33,299 nucleotides of DNA from a candidate division WOR-3 bacterium (GCA_023128195.1 JAGMEL010000148.1:1-33299); one strand, 5' to 3'; positions 23,495 through 31,958 are shown, counted from the stretch's first letter. The notes: generated from the sequence alone by a model not told the origin. Numbers and translations are program-made.

Positions 23495-23953
23495 ATGAAA
23501 TTAAATCAGAAAAACTTATCAGATATACTTATAAGAGAATTACGTATGACTGATTATGATAAACTCATAGCACTCTGGAATAAAGCAAAACTATTATACA
23601 AGCCAGAGGGACGGGATAGGCAGGATAACATTGAACGTGAATTGAAAAAACCTACAGCAATTTTTCTGGTGGCAGAAAAGAATGAAGAGTTGATCGGTTC
23701 TATATTTGGCACTCATGATGGCAGAAAGGGCTGGATAAACAGGCTTGCAGTAGCACCTGGGTATCGCAAACAGGGTATTGCTGCTAAGCTGGTTAAAGAG
23801 GTGGAAAATCGCCTTTTTGATATGGGGATTGGTATAATCGCCTGCCTGATCGAAGATTGGAACACAGAATCTATGGAGGTTTTTGAAAAAATGGGATATA
23901 AACAACATAATGATATAACATATTATACCAAAAGAAGGTTTGTAGACGTATGA
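23495..23953 (+). CDS. GNAT-family N-acetyltransferase
   Basis: 152 aa with an acetyl-CoA motif A, LAVAPGYRKQGIAAKL. Confidence 0.85.
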   Translation: MKLNQKNLSDILIRELRMTDYDKLIALWNKAKLLYKPEGRDRQDNIERELKKPTAIFLVAEKNEELIGSIFGTHDGRKGWINRLAVAPGYRKQGIAAKLVKEVENRLFDMGIGIIACLIEDWNTESMEVFEKMGYKQHNDITYYTKRRFVDV

Positions 23954-24708
23954 AAAAAAATCCATGTGTTCAATTAGACTGGGGAATCGATGGATTACAA
24001 TTAGCACTCGGGAATCACGATATTGTGGTTATTGTGGACACTTTGCGATTCAGTACTGCAATAGTGACTGCGATCATGAATGGTTTTACGATTTACCCAT
24101 TCTCTGATAAGAAAAAAGGGATGGACTATGCACATGAAATTGGTGCAGAAATATCAGGCAAATCAGGTGAAGCAAAATACTCGCTTTCTCCATCAAGTTT
24201 TATAAATGCTGCTGATAAAGAGAATAAAAAAGTGGTTGTGTTTTCGCCAAACGGTGCTGCTTGTGCTGAGCTGGTTCGAGAACATGACATTGCTTATATT
24301 GGTTGTTTACTAAATGCAAAGGTTTTGGGTAAGCAGATAGATGAAGTTGCAATAGAAAAAAAGAAAAATATAACTATTATCGCAGCTGGTGAGCAACGCG
24401 CAATTGATACCGGGGAGAGAATTGTATATGAATTAAAAGAGGCTCAGAGAGTATTTGCTGTTGAAGATTATCTCGGAGCTGGTGCGATCATTTCTTATAG
24501 CAGATTAAAGAAAACTCCAGCGGCAGAAGTATGCGAACTGGCATTTCGGGCAGCGCAGGATAGACTAAAAGATCTTATGCTTAAATCTTTTAGTGGTAAA
24601 TATCTGGTACAGCATAGTCTTACAAAGGATGTTGAACATGCAGCACAATTGAACCAGTATGATATTATACCAATAATCCGAGAGGGGAAAATCGAGTGTT
24701 TATCATAG
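23950..24708 (+). CDS. comB: 2-phosphosulfolactate phosphatase (ComB) family protein
   Basis: 252 aa with VVIVDTLRFSTAIVTA near the N-terminus and a later EDYLGAGAI block, both typical of the family. ATGA overlap with the GNAT gene. Confidence 0.7.
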   Translation: MKKNPCVQLDWGIDGLQLALGNHDIVVIVDTLRFSTAIVTAIMNGFTIYPFSDKKKGMDYAHEIGAEISGKSGEAKYSLSPSSFINAADKENKKVVVFSPNGAACAELVREHDIAYIGCLLNAKVLGKQIDEVAIEKKKNITIIAAGEQRAIDTGERIVYELKEAQRVFAVEDYLGAGAIISYSRLKKTPAAEVCELAFRAAQDRLKDLMLKSFSGKYLVQHSLTKDVEHAAQLNQYDIIPIIREGKIECLS

Positions 24709-24729
24709 AATAACCGGAGTTTTGATACC

Positions 24730-25779
24730 ATGCAGTTAGGTAAAAAATATCGTATTATAGATTGGCTCTTAGAAGAGGATAATCCATCGGTTCGCTATTT
24801 TACTCTTAGAGATTTATTAGGCAGAAAAGAAAGTGATTCTGAACTAAAGGCAACTAAATCCGCAATTCCAAAATCAAAGATAATAACAAAAATATTTTTA
24901 AAACAAAAGAAAAGGGGATATTGGGAAGATCCGCAGAGTCCTTATTTACCAAAGTACAAAGCATCGTACTGGCAGATAATGATACTGGGCTACATGGGAA
25001 TGGACCAAAAGGATGTAAGGGTAAGAAAAGCGTGTGAATATATATTCCAGTTTCAACACGATGAAGGCGGGTTTTCAGGTGAGACCATGAAAACAGCATT
25101 AAGGGCATATAATTGGTATTTGAAAAGAGGAAAAAATTTACCGTCGCGTAATAAATGGATATCTTCATATATTTATCAAGGGCAGCTCTCATGCCTCACT
25201 GGTAACATGACTGCTACGCTTATTAGACTCGGATATGCAAATGATCCAAGAGTAAAAAATGCATTAAAATGGCTGATAAAGATTCAAAACAGAGATGGTG
25301 GCTGGCTTTGTCCTTACTGGAGTGCTCATATAAAAGATAAACATGGTTGCTTTTACGGAACAATCTGCCCATTAGAAGCATTTAGCGAGGTTCCAAAAAA
25401 AGATTTAACAAAAGAGATGAAACAAACAATAAAAAGAGGAACAGAATTTCTTCTTATGCATCGGCTTTTTAAAGCAGATCATCACAATTATAAAATAATC
25501 AAGAAGTCATGGCTAAAATTTGGGTTTCCATGGTTTTATAATTATAATATTCTAAGAGGGTTGGATATTTTAACCAAACTGGGTTATACCCGGGATGAGC
25601 GTTTAAATGATGCAATTAAAGTTTTACTGCAAAAGCAGGGTCAGGACGGAAAATGGATTCTTGAAAGTACCCCTTCAGGGAGAATGCATGTTAATTTGGA
25701 AACAGTGAGAAAACCAAGTAAATGGATAAGCTTAATTGGTGCAAGAGTTTTAAAACGTCTCTCAAAAATTCTATCTTGA
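24730..25779 (+). CDS. Prenyltransferase/squalene-cyclase-repeat (alpha/alpha-toroid) protein
   Basis: Repeated Q..DGGW-type motifs (QHDEGGF, QNRDGGW, QGQDGKW). Confidence 0.6.
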   Translation: MQLGKKYRIIDWLLEEDNPSVRYFTLRDLLGRKESDSELKATKSAIPKSKIITKIFLKQKKRGYWEDPQSPYLPKYKASYWQIMILGYMGMDQKDVRVRKACEYIFQFQHDEGGFSGETMKTALRAYNWYLKRGKNLPSRNKWISSYIYQGQLSCLTGNMTATLIRLGYANDPRVKNALKWLIKIQNRDGGWLCPYWSAHIKDKHGCFYGTICPLEAFSEVPKKDLTKEMKQTIKRGTEFLLMHRLFKADHHNYKIIKKSWLKFGFPWFYNYNILRGLDILTKLGYTRDERLNDAIKVLLQKQGQDGKWILESTPSGRMHVNLETVRKPSKWISLIGARVLKRLSKILS

Positions 25780-25804
25780 CAACACAAACCATTTTGAGTA
25801 TAAT
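25776..25804 (+). promoter_or_regulatory. csp promoter (TTGACA-N17-TATAAT), giving a 5' UTR of about 80 nt
   Basis: TTGACA 25776-25781 (overlaps the preceding stop codon) and TATAAT 25799-25804. Confidence 0.55.
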
Positions 25805-25890
25805 AAAATACAGCTGTAACCGTAGAGGTTTGCCTTTATTAGCATTTTTAAAGATGTTGACAAAGGTATAAAGGCTAGAAAGGAGGACAT

Positions 25891-26103
25891 TTGGAAATCT
25901 ACGGTAAGATAAAGTGGTTCGATAGTAAGAAGGGCTATGGTTTTATTGAGAAAGAAGATGGTTCCGGTGATGTGTTTGTACATTATGCCGACATTGTTGG
26001 CGAAGGATACCGGGTTCTTAGAGAAGGCGACAGAGTTAAATTTGAGATTGCATCATCACCAAAAGGGGACAAAGCTTTAAAAGTCGAACGCGTTAACGAA
26101 TAA
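25891..26103 (+). CDS. cspA: Cold-shock protein (CspA family)
   Basis: KWFDSKKGYGFI (RNP1) and VFVHY (RNP2). TTG start with AAGGAGGA 3 nt upstream. Confidence 0.92.
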   Translation: MEIYGKIKWFDSKKGYGFIEKEDGSGDVFVHYADIVGEGYRVLREGDRVKFEIASSPKGDKALKVERVNE

Positions 26104-26126
26104 GAGACATTAAAAGTGTTTCTTAA

Positions 26127-26160
26127 ATGGGGTTTGGATGCACCAAACCCCATTTTTTTA
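26127..26160 (+). terminator. Rho-independent terminator of csp
   Basis: ATGGGGTTTGG-ATGCA-CCAAACCCCAT followed by TTTTTTT. Confidence 0.85.
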
Positions 26161-26184
26161 AAAGGGTTCATATGTGAACCCTTT
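26161..26184. promoter_or_regulatory. Perfect 10-bp-arm palindrome AAAGGGTTCA-TATG-TGAACCCTTT abutting the thiE -35
   Basis: Read directly from the sequence. It ends 5 nt before TTGACA (26190-26195). Confidence 0.4.
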
Positions 26185-26189
26185 AGGTA

Positions 26190-26217
26190 TTGACATAAAA
26201 ACTTATTTAGTTATAAT
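26190..26217 (+). promoter_or_regulatory. thiE promoter (TTGACA-N16-TATAAT)
   Basis: TTGACA 26190-26195 and TATAAT 26212-26217. The GTG start (26223) is 5 nt past the -10. Confidence 0.5.
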
Positions 26218-26222
26218 TTAAT

Positions 26223-27233
26223 GTGAACTGGAAACGGATTGCGGATGTAAATTTGAACCGCCTTAATGAATCCCTGAAGTTCATAGAAGATGTAATAAGA
26301 TTTTCCCTTGAGAATAAAGATCTTTTAACCCGGATAAGAAAACTCAGATATGAATTCTTTAAGATAAAAAAGGCTGTTCCACTAGCTGATATAATCAGTT
26401 TCCGTCAAAGTCGTTATGATCTCGGTAGAACTGCAACATTTGATATTCAAACAAAAAAGACATCTGAAGATTTAATAATTGCTAATTTGACCAGGGCAAA
26501 AGAATCGGCGAGAATCATAGAAGAGATTCTCAAATCGATAAATGTGAAGATAGGTAATAGAATGAAAGAAATGAGGTTTCAATTATATGACCTGGAAAAG
26601 TATATTATCGGATGCCTTAGAAGAAACTTCAATTCCAGAATCATTGCGGTCATAGATGAAAAATACTTATTAGCATACAGGATTAAGAATATGATAGATA
26701 TTCTTGAAAATAATGGTGCAACAATGATTCAACTTCGCATTAAAACCTTGCCAGACAGAAAATTCTACAATTATGCTGTGAGGATTAAAAAGACCCTCAA
26801 AAAAAAGGATATAAAATTCATCATTAATAATCGATTAGATATTGCTCTTGCCGTTGGTGCAGATGGAGTTCATCTTGGCCAGGATGATATGCCAGTAAGG
26901 ATGGCACGTAGAATATTGGGTGAGAACTATATCATTGGTGTATCAGCGCATAATATAGATGAAGCGAAGAAGGCAGAACAGGGTGGAGCCGACTATATCG
27001 GAGTCGGTTCAATATTTAGGACAAAAACAAAATCAGATGCCCACATCTGTGGGCTGTCAGTTCTGAAATCGATGTGCAAAAAAATAACTATACCGGTGAT
27101 TGGTATTGGAGGTGTAACAAATAAAAATTACAGGGATGTGTTTAAGACGGGCGCTTCAGGTATTGCTGTTTCATCCTATTTATTTGAAGGTGATTTATTA
27201 AAGAATATTCGTTCATTGACACTTAGGAAATAA
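26223..27233 (+). CDS. thiE: Thiamine-phosphate synthase (ThiE TIM barrel) with an N-terminal extension of about 130 aa
   Basis: The C-terminal half has ThiE motifs (GADGVHLGQDD, GADYIGVGSIF.T.TK, IGGV). The N-terminal 130 aa are an extra helical domain. The GTG start is uncertain. Confidence 0.8.
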   Translation: MNWKRIADVNLNRLNESLKFIEDVIRFSLENKDLLTRIRKLRYEFFKIKKAVPLADIISFRQSRYDLGRTATFDIQTKKTSEDLIIANLTRAKESARIIEEILKSINVKIGNRMKEMRFQLYDLEKYIIGCLRRNFNSRIIAVIDEKYLLAYRIKNMIDILENNGATMIQLRIKTLPDRKFYNYAVRIKKTLKKKDIKFIINNRLDIALAVGADGVHLGQDDMPVRMARRILGENYIIGVSAHNIDEAKKAEQGGADYIGVGSIFRTKTKSDAHICGLSVLKSMCKKITIPVIGIGGVTNKNYRDVFKTGASGIAVSSYLFEGDLLKNIRSLTLRK

Positions 27234-27456
27234 TGATTATAATAAAATATACTATGTGTTTGGAAAAAACCAAGTATTCTATCTGCAAAACTCCAAAAAG
27301 ACGAAGAAAGTTCAGGATGGTCGAAAAATGAAACGGAACAGGGCATAAGATGGCAGAAGAAAGCATGAGAAGGCGATTAAGGGCAACAAGAATAGAACAA
27401 AGCCTTCATAGTACTTTTTCCGCCTTCTCAAACCATTTGTTTTTTAAGGAGGATTT

Positions 27457-27774
27457 ATGGAATTAAATATAACCGCAAAGAATTTTAACCTCAGCAATAG
27501 ATTGGAACAATATGCTAAAAAGAAGATGTCGAAGTTGGAGAGGTTTTCCCACCATATTATTAATGGCGATATGATTTTGGAAAAAGATAAGTCTTTAAAT
27601 GTGATTGAGCTTAATTTATCAGTCAAACATTCAGTTGTCACAAGTAAGGTTAAAAATGCGGATATCTATCTGGGAATAAGCGAAGTTTTCAGAAAGACCG
27701 AAAGGCAGTTAATTAAGTATGAAGAGAAATTCCGAGAAAGAAAAAGGTTGGCGCATAAAACAAGAAGAAAATGA
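27457..27774 (+). CDS. hpf: Ribosome hibernation promoting factor (short HPF/RaiA, sigma-54 modulation protein family)
   Basis: 105 aa with the family-typical N-terminus MELNITAKNFNLSNRLEQYAKKKMSKLERF. AAGGAGG lies 4 nt upstream. Confidence 0.85.
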   Translation: MELNITAKNFNLSNRLEQYAKKKMSKLERFSHHIINGDMILEKDKSLNVIELNLSVKHSVVTSKVKNADIYLGISEVFRKTERQLIKYEEKFRERKRLAHKTRRK

Positions 27775-28751
27775 ATAAAATAACAACGGGAACTCTGTAT
27801 CAGGAAAAAAAGGACGAATTTTCTTTAGAAATTGTTATAGGTGAAGAATTTTTACGACAGAGAACAATAACTACCTATGATATTTTTCGTCCTGGTCTTG
27901 CCTTAGCTGGTTACACAGGATATTTCTTAAGCGATCGTATATTGATAGTTGGTGAAACAGAGACTGTTTATTTAAAGACATTAACAAAAAAATTAAAAGA
28001 TAAACGGATTGCAACTGTAATGAGCTTTGGCGCGCCATGTCTTATTGTTACTAAGGGTTTAGACATTGATAAGAAATTTATCGAACAAGCAAAACATAGA
28101 AAAATTCCAATATTGCGGACTTCCATGTCGACGACCCCATTTATTCATAAACTGTCTGCATATCTTGATTACAAGCTTGCTCCCACAAAATACGTTCAGG
28201 GTACACTTGTGGACATTTATGGAGTTGGTGTTTTGTTTATCGGTAAACCAGGAACAGGTAAGAGTGAGTGTGCCATGGATTTAATTGAGAGAGGGCATCG
28301 TTTTGTTGCTGATGACCTGGTTAAAATTGTGAAGCGGGGTAATACTCTGATTGGTTCTGGGGCTGAAAAGAGTGATCGCTTGAGACATCATATTGAGATT
28401 AGAGGCGTTGGAATTATTAATATTTTCAGAATATTTGGTGTTAAATCAGTTAGATTAAGAAAGCGTATAGAAGTTGTTGTTGAACTTATTCTATGGGATG
28501 AAACAAAGGGTGAATATGAACGGATTGGTTTAGAAAAGAAGGTAAAGAAAATTCTTGATGTAAAAATCCCACGTATTGTAATACCGCTTACACCAGGAAA
28601 GAATGTTTCAGTTATTGCTGAGGTTATAGCAATGAATTATCTTCTGGAATTGCGGGGAATCAATCCAGCCAAAGAATATGATATTGAATTGAAAAGAGTC
28701 TTATCTGAAAAGGAAATGTCAGATGTTTATTATAATGAACATATAGAGTAA
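27771..28751 (+). CDS. hprK: HPr kinase/phosphorylase
   Basis: 326 aa with Walker A GKPGTGKSECA followed by LIERGHRFVADD, and IEIRGVGIINI. ATGA overlap with hpf. Confidence 0.93.
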   Translation: MNKITTGTLYQEKKDEFSLEIVIGEEFLRQRTITTYDIFRPGLALAGYTGYFLSDRILIVGETETVYLKTLTKKLKDKRIATVMSFGAPCLIVTKGLDIDKKFIEQAKHRKIPILRTSMSTTPFIHKLSAYLDYKLAPTKYVQGTLVDIYGVGVLFIGKPGTGKSECAMDLIERGHRFVADDLVKIVKRGNTLIGSGAEKSDRLRHHIEIRGVGIINIFRIFGVKSVRLRKRIEVVVELILWDETKGEYERIGLEKKVKKILDVKIPRIVIPLTPGKNVSVIAEVIAMNYLLELRGINPAKEYDIELKRVLSEKEMSDVYYNEHIE

Positions 28752-28756
28752 TTGAT

Positions 28757-29146
28757 ATGATTAAAGGTATAATAGTTGGCCATAGTGACTTTGCAAAAGG
28801 AATGCTTCACACGGCTGAACAGATAGTTGGTAAACAACCTGATCTTGAAATTATTTCTAATAAAGGAATTTCTTGCGAAGTGTTGAGTGAAAGGATCGCA
28901 AAAATTGTCCGTAGTAATGAAAGTCAAGAAACAATAGTTTTTGTTGATTTGCCTGGGGGGAGTTGTACGATAAGCTGTTATGGTTTGTTAAAGGATTATA
29001 ATGAGTTAAATGTAATCGTTGGCGTGAATCTACCTATGCTAATAGAGTTTTTTATGTTACGTGATAAACATTCAGTTATTGAACTCGTTCCCATTTTAAT
29101 TGAAAAGGGAAGAGAAAATATTTTTAAATTGAGGTGCAGAAAATGA
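28757..29146 (+). CDS. PTS EIIA component, mannose/fructose (EIIA-Man) family
   Basis: 129 aa with N-terminal GIIVGHSDFAKG (phosphorylatable His loop) and VDLPGGS. Confidence 0.8.
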   Translation: MIKGIIVGHSDFAKGMLHTAEQIVGKQPDLEIISNKGISCEVLSERIAKIVRSNESQETIVFVDLPGGSCTISCYGLLKDYNELNVIVGVNLPMLIEFFMLRDKHSVIELVPILIEKGRENIFKLRCRK

Positions 29147-30789
29147 ATAAAAAAATCAAATTTTTAGGTGATGTTTTTGAATCGTCAGTAGAGAAATTCC
29201 CGGATAAACTGGCGTTAAAAAAAGATGATACTGAATATACCTATGCTCAACTAAAAGCAGAGGTAATAAAATTAAAGAATCATTTATTAGGTCTTGATTT
29301 GAAAAAAGGAGACAAATTTGCAGTGTTTGGTGAGAATGGGCCAGAATGGGCAATAGGGTATTTAGCTATCGTGCGGGCAGGGTTGATCTGTGTACCAGTG
29401 GACCGTTTGTTATCAGAAGCTGAAATTCTTCACATTCTTCGTCACAGCGAAGCAAGCGGTGTCATTGCTTCGGAAAATTACATCGATAAAATCGAAGCAG
29501 TCAAAGGTGAATTAACCGATTTCAAATACGTGATACCCATGGATAGTATTAAGAAATTAGTGGCTACAAAAGATATCCCTACTGGAAAGCTCGATTCTGA
29601 TTCATTGGCAGTATTGATTTTTACATCAGGCACGACCGGTACGGCAAAAGCAGTTATGTTGAGTCATAATAACATCCTTAGTAATCTAAGAGCTGTTGAA
29701 CAAATGATACCACTAAGCGAAAATGATACACTCGTTTCAATAATTCCTATGCATCACACATTCGAAGGAACTGCTGGGTTTCTTTATCCGTTATATCAAG
29801 GCGCGGCAATTTACTATCCCGCGAGTTTAAAACCAAAGGACATTTTAGAAACAATGAAACTGGCAAAGGTATCTTGCCTTATTGCTGTTCCTCTTCTATT
29901 TGAAAAATTCTTAGGAGCTGTTCACAGGAAAGTCGCGAGCTCATCCTTGCCAACCAAAGTTATGTTCAATGCAATAAGTGGAGTAGGCTCGGTCTTTAAA
30001 TTTTTAAGGAAACCACTTTTTGCAAGGGTGAGAAGAGAGATGGGTCTTGGTAATCTAAGAATTGCATGTGCTGGTGGAGCGGCACTTACAGAAAAGGTTG
30101 CACGGGGATTGAAACTTCTTGCTATACCTATTCTACAGGGGTATGGATTGACTGAAACCTCTCCTGTAATTTCAGTAAGTCCATTAGAAAAGCCAAACAC
30201 TGCTTCAGTCGGGGTTGTTGTTCCAGGTGTTGAGGTTAAGATCAATGAACCCGATGAAAATGATATAGGTGAAATTATCATGCGCGGTCCTAATGTAATG
30301 CTTGGGTATTATAAAAATAAAAAAGCAACAGATGAGATTATAAAGGATGGTTGGTTATATACCGGAGATTTAGGGTGGCTCGATGATGAAGGTTATTTGT
30401 ATATCACAGGTAGGAGGAAAAGTTTAATTGTTACGCAGACAGGTAAGAATATCTATCCTGAGGAGCTTGAAGCAAAACTGCTAAAGAGTCAATGGGTACA
30501 AGAGGTTTTAGTAGTACCAAGAATTGATCCTGAAACAAAAAAGGAATCCATATGCGCTCTGATTTTTCCGGATTATGAATTACTTGAGCAATACAGCATT
30601 TCATCAGATATTACACTAAGTGAGGAAGATATTGAATCAATATTCAAGGATGAGATAAAAAAGGTTAATGAAGATTTACCTGCCTATAAAAAAATTCTTC
30701 AATTTGAAGTCAGGGAAGAAGAATTTCCCAAGACTACGACAAAGAAGATAAAGCGACATATGTTTATTGAAAGAGGAGTAAAGGTTTAA
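29143..30789 (+). CDS. Long-chain-fatty-acid--CoA ligase (AMP-dependent synthetase/ligase)
   Basis: FTSGTTGTAKAV (AMP motif), GYGLTETS, YTGDLG and GRRKSLI. I prefer ATG 29143 (ATGA overlap with the EIIA stop, GAGG 8 nt upstream) over the track's GTG 29134. Confidence 0.88.
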   Translation: MNKKIKFLGDVFESSVEKFPDKLALKKDDTEYTYAQLKAEVIKLKNHLLGLDLKKGDKFAVFGENGPEWAIGYLAIVRAGLICVPVDRLLSEAEILHILRHSEASGVIASENYIDKIEAVKGELTDFKYVIPMDSIKKLVATKDIPTGKLDSDSLAVLIFTSGTTGTAKAVMLSHNNILSNLRAVEQMIPLSENDTLVSIIPMHHTFEGTAGFLYPLYQGAAIYYPASLKPKDILETMKLAKVSCLIAVPLLFEKFLGAVHRKVASSSLPTKVMFNAISGVGSVFKFLRKPLFARVRREMGLGNLRIACAGGAALTEKVARGLKLLAIPILQGYGLTETSPVISVSPLEKPNTASVGVVVPGVEVKINEPDENDIGEIIMRGPNVMLGYYKNKKATDEIIKDGWLYTGDLGWLDDEGYLYITGRRKSLIVTQTGKNIYPEELEAKLLKSQWVQEVLVVPRIDPETKKESICALIFPDYELLEQYSISSDITLSEEDIESIFKDEIKKVNEDLPAYKKILQFEVREEEFPKTTTKKIKRHMFIERGVKV

Positions 30790-30793
30790 CAAA

Positions 30794-30894
30794 CGCAGTA
30801 TCATTCCGCCCCTTTAAAAAATGGGCTGAATTCGCAGGATCACTGCGTTCGCAGGACCGTCCTGCCATTCATTAATGGCGGGACTTGCAGTATC
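30794..30894. repeat. Left array: four copies of YGCAGKAYC alternating with hairpins
   Basis: CGCAGTATC 30794, CGCAGGATC 30833, CGCAGGACC 30850 and TGCAGTATC 30886. Between them are ATTCCGCCCC...TGGGCTGAAT, the palindrome GCAGGAC-C-GTCCTGC, and the hairpin GTCCTGCCATT-CAT-TAATGGCGGGAC. Confidence 0.8.
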
Positions 30895-30924
30895 GTCCTG
30901 ATTAAAGTCAGAATTCGCTAAATT

Positions 30925-31311
30925 ATGAAATTTAAATATGAAGATTTAGAAATATGGCAATTAGCTTTGGAATTGATAAAGATTATTTATCAATTATTAA
31001 AAAAATTCCCGGCGGAAGAAAAATATGATTTGGTTTCTCAAGGCAAAAGAGCAGTTGTTTCTATTGCACTAAATATTGCAGAAGGCAGTGGCCGGCATAC
31101 TGATAAGGATTTTAGTCTTTTTATTAACAGAGCAATAACTTCATTGCAGGAAGTTGATGGAGTATTGAAAATTGGCATGAAATTGAATTACATTACAGAT
31201 GAAGATTATCAGTCTGTAGTACCTCTGATTGAGAAAGAGTATTATAAACTTGTCGCTTTTGATAAAGCGCTTATTAAAGGTGCTACAAAACGACGACGCT
31301 ATGTTCAATAA
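30925..31311 (+). CDS. Four-helix-bundle protein (23S rRNA intervening-sequence protein / Avd family)
   Basis: 128 aa with DLEIWQLA, SIALNIAEGSGR and SLQEVDG, the pattern typical of the family. It is a paralog of 14183-14536. Confidence 0.85.
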   Translation: MKFKYEDLEIWQLALELIKIIYQLLKKFPAEEKYDLVSQGKRAVVSIALNIAEGSGRHTDKDFSLFINRAITSLQEVDGVLKIGMKLNYITDEDYQSVVPLIEKEYYKLVAFDKALIKGATKRRRYVQ

Positions 31312-31423
31312 AACTTGGCGAGCCCTGTGATATAATAACAAATGATTTGCAATTAATTAGGCGGGTAGGTTTGACAACAAAACTAATATAGTTGAAGATA
31401 CAATTTCTTGTATTTCACGGGGC

Positions 31424-31517
31424 GATACTGCAATTCCGCCGAATATCGGCGGAAGATACTGCGAGTCTCGACATTGGTCGAGACGATCCTGCAAGTGCCG
31501 ACAGGTACGATCCTGCG
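31424..31517. repeat. Right array: four copies of GATMCTGCR (reverse complement of the left-array 9-mer) alternating with hairpins
   Basis: GATACTGCA 31424, GATACTGCG 31455, GATCCTGCA 31485 and GATCCTGCG 31509. The spacers are the hairpins TTCCGCCGA-ATA-TCGGCGGAA and GTCTCGAC-ATTG-GTCGAGAC. Confidence 0.8.
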
Positions 31518-31772
31518 TTAGTCCGTTACTTTATAAACTTCATCATGTTCATGAACTGGATTATCAACTTTTAATCCAATATCATCGCCCTTTTTCGCTT
31601 TTTGAATCGATTTGTGCTCAATCTGCATAGAATTGATTACTTGCGTAAAATCAGTGGTATGTCCTTTTATATGAATTGTGTCTCCTACATTCAATTCATC
31701 ACCAATTAACTGTAGAACTGCTACATTTATATTATTAAAACAATGGGTTATTTTGCCAATTAGTTTTTCCAT
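31518..31772 (-). CDS. Small EF-Tu domain-2-like beta-barrel protein (translation elongation factor-like)
   Basis: 84 aa. GDELNVGDTIHIKG...IQKAKKGDDIGLKV resembles the GTP_EFTU_D2 barrel. GGAGGA lies upstream of the ATG. Confidence 0.55.
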   Translation of the reverse strand: MEKLIGKITHCFNNINVAVLQLIGDELNVGDTIHIKGHTTDFTQVINSMQIEHKSIQKAKKGDDIGLKVDNPVHEHDEVYKVTD

Positions 31773-31930
31773 CTGGTCCTCCTTTTAAATTATTTTACTT
31801 ATAAAACCTTCTGTGTCAATAATGAAGTCAAAGACTTAAGATGACAGCGATGGAAAAATAGATTACGGTGATTAAAACATCTCTGTAATCTTATTTATAT
31901 CTTCGTAATCAAGCTGCTTTAAACAGCTCA

Positions 31931-31958
31931 TTGACAAAAAAAGTTTTTGGATTATAAT
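31931..31958 (+). promoter_or_regulatory. Promoter of the GYD-thiC operon (TTGACA-N16-TATAAT)
   Basis: TTGACA 31931-31936 and TATAAT 31953-31958, with AAAGGAG before ATG 31976. Confidence 0.55.

Noticed and set aside
27351-27365. Sigma-54-like TGGCAG-N-AGCA upstream of hpf
   Set aside because: The GG-to-GC spacing is one nucleotide short of the TGGCAC-N5-TTGC geometry, and the -12 element lacks TTGC. It is probably a chance match in a purine-rich leader.
27350-27469. 39-codon Arg-rich ORF (MAEESMRRRLRATRIEQSLHS...) in the hpf leader
   Set aside because: It has a weak SD, reads through the hpf SD and start in another frame, and belongs to no recognisable family. The region is more simply explained as a structured 5' UTR.
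30794-31517. CRISPR array interpretation of the 9-mer/hairpin arrays (and of the octamer array at 9517-9572)
   Set aside because: The repeats are only 8-9 bp, the spacers are palindromic and 15-30 bp long, the arrays have four to seven units, and there are no cas genes. This does not fit CRISPR architecture.
31392-31574. 60-aa plus-strand ORF
   Set aside because: It lies entirely in the 9-mer/hairpin array and overlaps the 3' end of the convergent 31518-31772 gene. It has no SD, and its sequence is dictated by the repeats.
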